DNA of 32,000 bases, taken from positions 1-32,000 of the forward strand of contig CAYJVY010000011.1 in the NCBI GenBank assembly GCA_964373795.1, given 5' to 3'. The notes beneath the pieces are model-generated. The model saw nothing but the letters and a program-made list of their open reading frames with translations, was not told the origin of the DNA and searched no databases. Below are positions 1-8,301 of this stretch, one piece after another (position 1 is the stretch's first letter; every line of letters begins with the position of its first letter). The position numbers and the translations under genes are program-made. Origin of the DNA: an uncultured archaeon (GTDB taxonomy: Archaea; Iainarchaeota; Iainarchaeia; Iainarchaeales; DATDZZ01).

Positions 1-1457
1 ATTATTCCATGACTCGCATCAACCTCTACTTTGTCTCCGTCCTTAAGGATTTTGGTTGCATGCTTTGTTCCAATTACACAAGGGACACCCAACTCACGGG
101 AAACAATTGCTGCATGACTTGTCAAACCTCCTTGATCAGTAATAATTGCTGAAGATTTTTTCATAGCGGGAAGTAAATCAGGCGATGTAGCACTGGATAC
201 AAGAATTTCACCTTCTTGAAATTCATTCATATCATCAGGATGATTAACAATTCTCACAATTCCTTTTACTAATCCTGGACTTGCAATTTGCCCAGAAAAC
301 TCATCTTTTTGCTCTACAACTTCTTCAAACACGTGCTCCTTCCACCATTTTTTTGCTTCTTCTCCAATCAGGATTTTTGTTCCACCCCAAACACTAATAT
401 TTACAGAATAATTCCTTCTTTCAGACAATTCTTTGACAGAAGGATGCACACCTTTTTCAAGCAAAGCAATTATTTCACTCGGAGTACAAAATCTTAAATC
501 ATTAAAAGGCAAATAAAACTGCTTGGAAATTTCCTTGACAAGTTGCGAAGCAAGGTAAAAAGACATAACAAGAGATTCCTTTCTGTAGCCTTTAATAAAA
601 ACAGTTTTCCTAGCCAATTCAAACAAATGTTTTTCTTCCCCAGTTAAATCCGCTTCTTTCAAAGCTTCTTCAAGTCTTTGCTTCAACCTTTTTTGTTTGG
701 ATTTTTTGTGCTCAAGCATTTCTTCGAGATTGTTTTTCTTTATCAAATCATTCAATTGCTCTTCAAAAAAACTCTTTGGAAGCTCAGGCCCAGAATGACT
801 ATAAGTAATCCAGCAATAATTCCTCCAATGCTCTTCAAGCAATTTGTCAATTTCTTTTTTCGGCAAACCTTTTTTTGCCTTCACGGCTAGTTCCAGCATT
901 TCATTGTTTTCTTTTACTGAAAAAGTTTCCTCAAAAGGAGTTGTAAGAATACTAAAATAATCTCCTGCTTTTCTTGGCAGACTTTTTTGTTTTATTTTTT
1001 TATCCAAGATCTTCTGGCAGTTGTTTGTCAAATGTCCAGTTTCCATGTCTATGGCAACCAAGCCAAAACCATAAAAGCAAATTTCTTTGTCAATGTCAAA
1101 AATTTTGTTGAAATAATGCAACAATTCTTTGTTTGAAAACTTTCCAAAATCTTTTTTGTTCAATTCCTTAAGCAGGGCAAACATTTTTTCGCCGTTTTCC
1201 AGAACTTTGGATTCCACTTCATAAACAAGTCTTTTGTCTTTAGAAAAAAATTCAAAATTATAATCCCCGGTTTTTTTGAATTCATCCAAATTAATAGCCC
1301 ATCTCAAATTGCCATTAGAGTTTTCAGTTGCAGCAATTGTAACTGGAATTCCATTAAACCTTGCAAGCTTTGGATCAAGCCAAGAATACTCATTCAACAG
1401 TAATGCAAGAAAATTCCCATTGTACTCGTGAATTATTGCAGTCAGTTTTTTACTCAT
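1..1457 (-). CDS. Swivel-phosphohistidine-domain protein, paralog A. Unknown N-terminal domain plus C-terminal PEP-utilising-enzyme mobile domain. The 3' end is truncated by the window edge.
   Basis: Absent from the ORF track because no stop lies inside the window. Manual codon-by-codon reverse translation from the ATG at 1455-1457 is stop-free down to position 3 (485 codons): [23 protein letters not shown]...[25 protein letters not shown]...[10 protein letters not shown]...[22 protein letters not shown]...[50 protein letters not shown]. It is collinear with, and highly similar to, the 1462..2931 product. The motif GGxT[SC]HAAIVxRE is the PpsA/PPDK/Enzyme I swivel-His signature. Confidence 0.85.
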   Translation of the reverse strand, partial: [485 protein letters not shown]

Positions 1458-1461
1458 TTTT

Positions 1462-2931
1462 TCACCCTTTCACCACTCTAATAATTCCATGAGAGGCATC
1501 AACTTCTACTTGATCGCCATCTTTGAGTATTCGTGTAACAAACTTCACTCCCACAACACATGGCACTCCTAATTCCCTTGAAACAATTGCAGCATGACAT
1601 GTTAGTCCGCCTTGTTCTGTAATAATTGCTACTGCCTTTTTCATTGCAGGCAATAAATCTGGTTGAGTAGCAGTTGAAACTAATACGTCGTGTTCAGTTA
1701 CTTTTGCCATATCTTGGACAGAGTTAACAATTTTCACTATTCCTCTAACAAGTCCTGGAGAAGCTACTTGGCCATGCAATTCATCAACATTTCTTTCAAT
1801 TTCTTCTTCATTAACATTTTTTCTATACCATTCTCTTGCTTCTTCTCCAATTAAAACAAATTCAGGAGCAACACTTTTCCTGAAAACAACGCAATAGTTT
1901 CTTCTCTCACTTAACTCGAAAATAGGTGGATGAGTTCCTTTAACAAGCAAATCTCTTATTTCTTGAATAGTGCAAAACCTTAATTCACGAAAAGGAATGT
2001 AAAACCGTTTAGACATTTCTTTTACAAGCATTGCCACTAAATAAAAAGACAAAATCATTACTTCTTTTCTTAAGCCTTTCAAGAAAACAACATTTCTTCC
2101 TAAATCAAAAAAGTAGGCCTCTTCTCGAGTTAAATTTAATTCTTTTTTTACTTCCAAAACTTTTTCTTTAATTAGTTTTCTTTTCTCTTTTTTGTGTTTC
2201 AAAATATCTTGTAAATTATTTTTTTCAAGCAAGTCATTTAACTCTTCTTCAAAAAAGCTTTTCGGAAGTTCTGGCCCTGAATGAGAATAAGTAATCCAAC
2301 ACCATTTCTGCCAATGGTCATGCAAAGTTTTAATTTTCTGCTCGGATTTTAACTCACCTTTTTTTACCTTCAAAGCCAATTCAAGCAATTCTTTATTTTC
2401 TTCAGCTGACAAAATATCTTCATCAGGCATTGTAAGAATTGAAAAATATTCAGCTTTTTTTGATGTTGCTTTTTTCTCCAAAATAGAGTTTAACTTATTT
2501 GTAAGAAAATCATTTCCTAAATCAATTGCAACAAAAGTAAAACCTTCCGCACAAATATTTTCATCCAAAACAAGGATTTTATTAAAATAATGCAGCAATT
2601 CCTTATTAGACAATTTAGAAAAATTAGTTTTATTAAATTTTTCAAGCAATTTAACCATTTCATTAGTTGTTTTCAAATGACCTTTTCTTAATTCAAAAAT
2701 TAAGTTTCTGTTTTTGATAAAAGTTTTCAAACCTTTTTCTCCTATTTCTTTCCAGTTATCTAAATCAATTCCCCAACGCAAAGTGCCTTGATTATTTTCC
2801 ATTACATCAGTTGCCATTTTAATTCCAATTAGTTTCTCCAATTTGTCAGAATACCAGCCTTCACCATTGAAAAGCAAGGCAAGAATATTCCCGTTATATT
2901 CATGCACCATAATTGTTTGTTTATCAGCCAT
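1462..2931 (-). CDS. Swivel-phosphohistidine-domain protein, paralog B (489 aa).
   Basis: The C-terminus reads [17 protein letters not shown]...[46 protein letters not shown], matching the PEP-utilisers mobile domain. The N-terminal ~400 aa show no ATP-grasp or TIM-barrel motifs. The stop lies 4 nt from the start of paralog A. Confidence 0.85.
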   Translation of the reverse strand: [489 protein letters not shown]

Positions 2932-4515
2932 TTACTCGCCTTCTCTATCAAGTATGCGAACAATTGCATGTGTTGCATCTACTTCCACAGTCATGCCGTC
3001 CTTCAGAACTTTTGTTGCGTGCTTTGTTCCTATAACGCAGGGTTTTCCTAATTCCCTTGAAACAATTGCAGCATGACAAGTAATTCCTCCTAGATCTGTT
3101 ACTATTGCTCCTGCTTTTTTCATTGCAGGAACAACATCAGGATTAGTTGCATGAGCAACTAAAATGTTTCCTTCATTCATTTTAACCATGTCAGCTGGAC
3201 TCTCAATTATCTTCACTACCCCGCGGACAATTCCAGGACAAGCACAGTCTCCCAATAAGTTCTTTTCTTTAAAAGAATCAATATTTGTTGACTCCATCTT
3301 AATTCCTGCCATGAATTCCTTTGCTTCTTTTCCAACAAGCATTTTTACATTCTCATGATGAAGGTAAAGGACATGATATTTGTGTCGAGCATTAAGCTCT
3401 GATGGATTTGACTCTATTTTGCCTAAAAGAATGTCAACTATTTCATATGGGTAAAGCCATTGGCTTTGTTTCAAACTCAAGTTCTTTCTTTTGCATAACT
3501 CTCGCAAAATCTTGTCAACAACAAACATTCCAAAATACAAAGCATCTTTTCTCAAAGCTTTTGTGTAAACCATGTCTTGAGCAATTCTCAAAAGCTTTTC
3601 ATGCTTTCCATGCACTCCAATGTGTTTGAATAATTCTTTTTGTCTTTCAATTAAATTTTTTTTGTTTTTCTCAATCCTTGTAATTAGTGTTTTAATATCT
3701 GGATTTTGCCTAACAATTCCATGCAGGGTTTCAATAAAATATTTTTTGCTCCAAGCAGGACCAATATACATGAATGGAAGCCATTGGAATTCATAAACAT
3801 GTTTTTCTAGTAAAGAATTAATTTCTGGAAAATTTTGTGAAAGATTTTCTTCTATTTCCTTTGGCGCGCTTTGAAGGAAAAAATTCCAAGCTTTCTCGTT
3901 TTCCTGAATTTTTACGCCTATTTCTAACAAAGATTTTTCCTCTAACTGTGCAAAACTTTCTTTTGTCGGAGTAGTAAGAGTACTGAAAACCTCGTTAGCT
4001 CTAAGTGAAAGACTATTTTTCTTTATCTTTTGCTCAATATAGGCTAAAAGATATTTTGTAAACAATTGATGATCAAATTCCAAAACTACCCATAGCACTC
4101 CTGTCTGATGACAATTTGACTGAACAGTTGAAAGTCTTTCATAAACTTTTGCCAATTCTTTGTCCGAAAAGTTTTGTACATTAATTTCACGAATTTCTTT
4201 AGCTATTTTCATGTAGTCTTCAGAGTAGTCAATTATTTTCTTGTTATGTTTTTCAGCCCAATCAATGTCTTCCAAGATTTTATCCAAAATTCTTTGACCC
4301 ATTAAAGAAAATCTCATTCTTGGAAAAATTAGATCACTACAACCTTCATGACACAAAACAATGGATTTCCCTAAATTATAACTCATGCCAAATTGCTTCT
4401 GGTTAATTGCTCCCCTCATAGGGTAAAAAAACATCAAAGGAGTTGATCTAGGAATTTCCTCCATTAAAAACCATAAATCTTCAACTGTTTTTGTTGCAGA
4501 CAACTCATTCACCAT
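2932..4515 (-). CDS. Swivel-phosphohistidine-domain protein, paralog C (527 aa).
   Basis: The C-terminus reads [22 protein letters not shown]...[46 protein letters not shown]. It shares the N-domain motifs [25 protein letters not shown] and [13 protein letters not shown] with the other paralogs. Its stop directly abuts the start of paralog B. Confidence 0.85.
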   Translation of the reverse strand: [527 protein letters not shown]

Positions 4516-6085
4516 TTTTTTGTTTTAAAATTTTTATTACTCCAGTTGAAGCATCAACTTGGACATGTGTTCCGTCTTTTAGAATTTTTGTAGCAATCCT
4601 TGTTCCAACAATGCAAGGAATTTTCAGCTCGCGAGAAACAATTGCAGCATGACAAGTAATTCCTCCAACATCTGTAATAATTGCTGAAGCTTTCTTCATT
4701 GCAGATACAAGATTAGGATTAGTGGAATGGCTAACCATTATGTCTCCTTTATCCATTTTAAACATTTCATTAGGATGATTAACTAGTTTTGTAATTCCTT
4801 CAACTTGGCCTTCAAAAGCAGTTGTTCCAAGAATCTGTGTAATGTTTTCGTAAACTTCTTCTTTGTAAATCTGAGAAAAAAATCTTTGCGCATGATCTTT
4901 TGAAATGAATTCAAATTTTCCGTCCAAAACCCGGGCAACTGAAAACTTAATTCGTTCATTCAACTCATTCGCATCAATTTGTCCTGTATCCAAAGCTTTT
5001 ACTAATTCTTGCTTCAAAGAGTATCTAACTTGATCCAAAGTCAAATGCAATCTTTTCGCAATTTCCTTGAACAAAGGCTCTGAGGAATAAGATCCGAAAT
5101 ACATTGCATCTTTTCTCAAGCCTTTCAAATAAATCTGGTTCTGGACAAAAAAAACTAATTCTTTTTCATCTTTGCTTAAATCAAGTTTTTTCAAGAATTC
5201 TTTTTGCTGTTTCTCCAATTCTTGTTCAACTTTTTGAATCCCTTCAAGCATTTTTTTTGCATTAATTTTTTCCTGCAAAGAACTCTTAATTGCTTTAATA
5301 AAGTATTCCTTCTTCCAAGAAGGACCTTCATACATAAAAGGCAGCCAACAATAGTTCTGGAAATGCTTTTCCATTAAATCATTGAATTCTGAATCAGTTT
5401 TTGGAAGAAGTTTTTCTATCTCTTCAGGAGATTTTTTAAACAATTCAATTGTTTCAGATTTTGTGACATGAGACAAAAGTTTATAGAAATCATTTTGTTC
5501 TTCAGTTATTGCAGAACCCTTTAAAGGCGTTGAAAGAACACTGAAAACGTTTGCAATATCTAGGTTTAATTTTTTCTCTTTAATTCTTTTTTCCAACAAG
5601 TCTTTCACATGCTTTGAAAGCCATTCATGCTCGAATTCAAGCAAAATTCCCCATTGCCCAGAAATATGTGAAGCAAGATATGTGTCATAATATTCAACAA
5701 ACAATTGTTTTAATTCTTCATTTGAAAATTTAGAGAAATTCTTTATTTTCAAAAGCTTTCTGCCAACTTCAAAATATTTTTGCGCACAACCGTAAATATT
5801 TTGGTCTTTCTGTTTCCACCAAGCATGATCTGATAACAATTTTTGCAACAATATTTTGCCGTTTTCCTTGAATTGGTCTCTTCGCAAAAACAAGCAAGTG
5901 TCCTTGTTGACAAAGGAAACAGCCGCGTCCATTGGTTTTCCAAAATCTTGAAACAAATAAGAATACGCACACCATAATTCAGCACAAGTCATTGGATTGA
6001 TTTTGCGAATTTTCTCCATAACAAACCATTCAACGATTTTCGAATTAGACATGCCATTACCATTGCTTAAACCAGTTTTATTCAT
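4505..6085 (-). CDS. Swivel-phosphohistidine-domain protein, paralog D (526 aa). The start may instead be an internal Met.
   Basis: The C-terminus reads [22 protein letters not shown]...[46 protein letters not shown]. N-domain motifs are [25 protein letters not shown] and [13 protein letters not shown]. It overlaps the start of paralog C by 11 nt. Confidence 0.8.
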   Translation of the reverse strand: [526 protein letters not shown]

Positions 6086-6276
6086 GTTTTTTCACCTTAA
6101 TTATTTTTTCCATTCAACTCATTTGTTCAAATTCAATCTTTTTTTGATTAATTGCTTTTTTCGTTTTGTGTTTTATTTTAATTTCAGAAATTTTTTTAAA
6201 ATATTCTTGAATGAAAATTCTTGAAATCAAATAATCAATTGATTTACTTCTATGCATGAAAACACACTTCATTAAA

Positions 6277-6594
6277 TTAACTTTTTAAAACCAAAAAAAT
6301 AATGTAAATTACTAGCAAGTAAACAAATAAATCTGAAATAAAAACAGTTAAAGCAAGTAACACTATTGCAACAAATAATCCAAGAAAAAAATCAGGTGAT
6401 TTTCCACAGTCATCATCTACTTCAGAATTAGAAATTTTTTTCAATACAAAGTAAATCAAGAAAAGAATTAATAAGTAAACAAAAGACTCTGAAATAAAAG
6501 AAGCTAATGCAATCAAAATAATGGAAACATATAATACGCTAGAGGAAAGCATTCTTCCAAATCTATCATGCATTAAAGATTTAACTAAAGACAT
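6277..6594 (-). CDS. Small integral membrane protein with an internal tandem duplication (2 x 2 TM).
   Basis: The two halves align: IILIALASFISESFVYLLILFLIYFVLKK versus AIVLLALTVFISDLFVYLLVIYIIFLVLKS. They are joined by the acidic linker SNSEVDDDCGKSPD. The duplication is also visible at DNA level. Same strand as the flanking genes. Confidence 0.55.
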   Translation of the reverse strand: MSLVKSLMHDRFGRMLSSSVLYVSIILIALASFISESFVYLLILFLIYFVLKKISNSEVDDDCGKSPDFFLGLFVAIVLLALTVFISDLFVYLLVIYIIFLVLKS

Positions 6595-6606
6595 TAAATC
6601 ACTTTG

Positions 6607-7065
6607 TTAATGAGTTGCTGGAACAGGTTGAACTACTTTTTTTACAACCTGTTTTAGAGCTTGAATTTTGTGTTCTCTTGGAACATACAATTCTTTAGGA
6701 AATTTAACCCAAGGAGTTAACAAGCCTTCATAAATTTGATGCTCTTTTTCTAAGTCAACTCTTACAACATACTTTCTTGCAAATTTATTCCAAGCACTCC
6801 AAGCCTGCAAATATTTGAAATGATACTTAACAGTATAATGCACTAAAAAAATTAATGGAATTAAAAGTAATTTACTTAAAAAAATGGCTATAATTCCTAA
6901 AAGAATGCATGAAACAAATAAAACCCAAAAATTAAAGTATCTTTGAAGCTCTAAAAGTTTCATTGAAATATATTTATCACTAACCTCTCCCCTTGTTTTG
7001 TAATCAAAGTTTTCAGGATTTAAATGTAAATCAATTCCAGATCCTTTAACTAATTTTAAAGACAT
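6607..7065 (-). CDS. Small membrane protein (152 aa), paralog of 7132..7458.
   Basis: The N-terminus MSLKLVKGSGIDLHLNPENFDYKTRGEV is followed by a two-TM hairpin and a ~50-aa tail. It is collinear with the neighbouring ORF (DLKLVKGHNYEINLSPDKLKFERRDEV plus a TM hairpin). Confidence 0.55.
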   Translation of the reverse strand: MSLKLVKGSGIDLHLNPENFDYKTRGEVSDKYISMKLLELQRYFNFWVLFVSCILLGIIAIFLSKLLLIPLIFLVHYTVKYHFKYLQAWSAWNKFARKYVVRVDLEKEHQIYEGLLTPWVKFPKELYVPREHKIQALKQVVKKVVQPVPATH

Positions 7066-7131
7066 TATTCAACCTCCAAATTTTCCTTATTTTCTTTATT
7101 TTCGTTGGTTAAGCTTTCTTTTTAAGAAAGG

Positions 7132-7458
7132 TTAATCCATTCTAGTCAAAAACTTTGAATTCCAAGTTTCTTGATCATCTAATTTATCTCCCCAATCAAA
7201 TTGAGTTTTAAAAGTATGAATCATTAAAGGAACTAAAAAAATCAATAACCATTCAGAAAAAATAAAAGATAAAGCTATTAGTACAAGAGTTAAACCAAAG
7301 AAATTCCAATACCTTATTTTAAGCTTTGTTACAAGAACATGCCATTTAATGAATTCCCCTCCAACCTCATCTCTTCTTTCAAACTTTAATTTATCTGGAG
7401 AGAGATTTATTTCATAGTTATGGCCTTTTACAAGCTTCAAATCTTTTCCTTCACTCAT
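7132..7458 (-). CDS. Small membrane protein, paralog of 6607..7065.
   Basis: The ORF track gives 7132..7479. The start at Met8 (MSEGKDLKLVKG, nt 7458) is preferred by alignment with the paralog. It has a two-TM hairpin (FFGLTLVLIALSFIFSEWLLIFLVPLMIH). Confidence 0.5.
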   Translation of the reverse strand: MSEGKDLKLVKGHNYEINLSPDKLKFERRDEVGGEFIKWHVLVTKLKIRYWNFFGLTLVLIALSFIFSEWLLIFLVPLMIHTFKTQFDWGDKLDDQETWNSKFLTRMD

Positions 7459-7480
7459 ACACAACCCTTCCATTCTCACA

Positions 7481-7502
7481 AATTAACTTGAAAAAGTTAA
7501 TT
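7481..7502. promoter_or_regulatory. Perfect 9-bp inverted repeat AATTAACTT-GAAA-AAGTTAATT, lying between the HTH_10 regulator gene and the first small membrane-protein gene.
   Basis: Read directly from the sequence: 7481-7489 is the reverse complement of 7494-7502. It sits 2-23 nt upstream of the candidate starts of the minus-strand gene. Its role (operator, terminator or 5'-UTR hairpin) is undetermined. Confidence 0.3.
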
Positions 7503-7600
7503 CTAAAGTAATTGTGTGAAGAGTTATTAAAGAGATTTAACCCGATAAATAACGGTTTTAAAAACCCGGACATCATCGGCTCTAGGAATTAGTTTTAAAA

Positions 7601-8266
7601 CTATTTTTCAGTAATATTTTCAAGCAAGTATGGAAGTAATTTGTTTTCAGCCTTGCGTAAATGTTCTTGAAAAGAAGAAGGAGAAAGCTTTGCTAAATCA
7701 GCTAATCTTTCAAGTATTATTTTTCTGGGATACTCGTAATAACCATTTCTGTAAGCCAAGAGAATCGATTTTTTTTGTTGCTCTGTAAGCTTTGGCATTA
7801 AATGAGGAATATAAATATCTGTTAAATTTTCTTGATAAATACTTTGAGAATGAATTGTTCCAAACTTGGAAACCTCTTTTAATAGATTTGATAAATTTTC
7901 TTTCTTCCAAGAAGCTAATTCAATGTATTGAAAGCCGTCAGGTTTAACTGTTACTGGCTTGACTAAAAAAACATCTGGAGTGAAATACATTTGCAAATGA
8001 GATTCTTTTGCTGGAACAGTTATAGTGTAAACAACAAAGTTTCCTTCTCTTTCAATGTTTTGAATTCTTTCCTCTTTAGAAATAGCAGTGAAATACTTTT
8101 CTATTTGCTTTTTCTCTCCTAAAATAATGTTTCCAGCAGTCATTATTGCAACATTGTTTTGAATCACAGTATTTAATGGAAAGGTAAGCTTTGTAATATT
8201 AAATTTTGTTGCAAACTTTATTGACAATGAATTTGGATGAGTGAACTTTAATTTAGCAACCCACAT
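7601..8266 (-). CDS. HTH_10 (bacterio-opsin-activator-type) helix-turn-helix transcriptional regulator.
   Basis: The C-terminus LTEQQKKSILLAYRNGYYEYPRKIILERLADLAKLSPSSFQEHLRKAENKLLPYLL matches the archaeal Bat/HTH_10 signature (LT.rQ...L..A...GYy..PR...l.eLA..lgis.st..ehLR.AE.Kl). Confidence 0.7.
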   Translation of the reverse strand: MWVAKLKFTHPNSLSIKFATKFNITKLTFPLNTVIQNNVAIMTAGNIILGEKKQIEKYFTAISKEERIQNIEREGNFVVYTITVPAKESHLQMYFTPDVFLVKPVTVKPDGFQYIELASWKKENLSNLLKEVSKFGTIHSQSIYQENLTDIYIPHLMPKLTEQQKKSILLAYRNGYYEYPRKIILERLADLAKLSPSSFQEHLRKAENKLLPYLLENITEK

Positions 8267-8301
8267 GAAATATAGTAAAAGAATTTCAAATTAATAAATC
8301 T

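Noticed and set aside
288-890. Track ORFs 288..497 (+) and 678..890 (+).
   Set aside because: Both lie antisense inside the stop-free 485-codon minus-strand reading frame of paralog A, which has clear family motifs. Their translations are low-complexity, F/L-rich shadow sequence.
1-6085. The idea that the four swivel-domain genes are pseudogenised fragments of ppsA duplicates.
   Set aside because: All four frames are intact over about 490-527 codons. The catalytic His context is strictly conserved, and the genes are tightly coupled. Their N-terminal regions share private motifs absent from the ppsA in this window.
2843-6224. Plus- and minus-strand short ORFs overlapping paralogs B-D (2843..3076, 3164..3358, 3402..3629, 5749..5985, 5769..5975, 5997..6224).
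   Set aside because: They overlap much longer ORFs that have conserved domain motifs. They have no motifs of their own and show composition typical of antisense or off-frame reading in AT-rich DNA.
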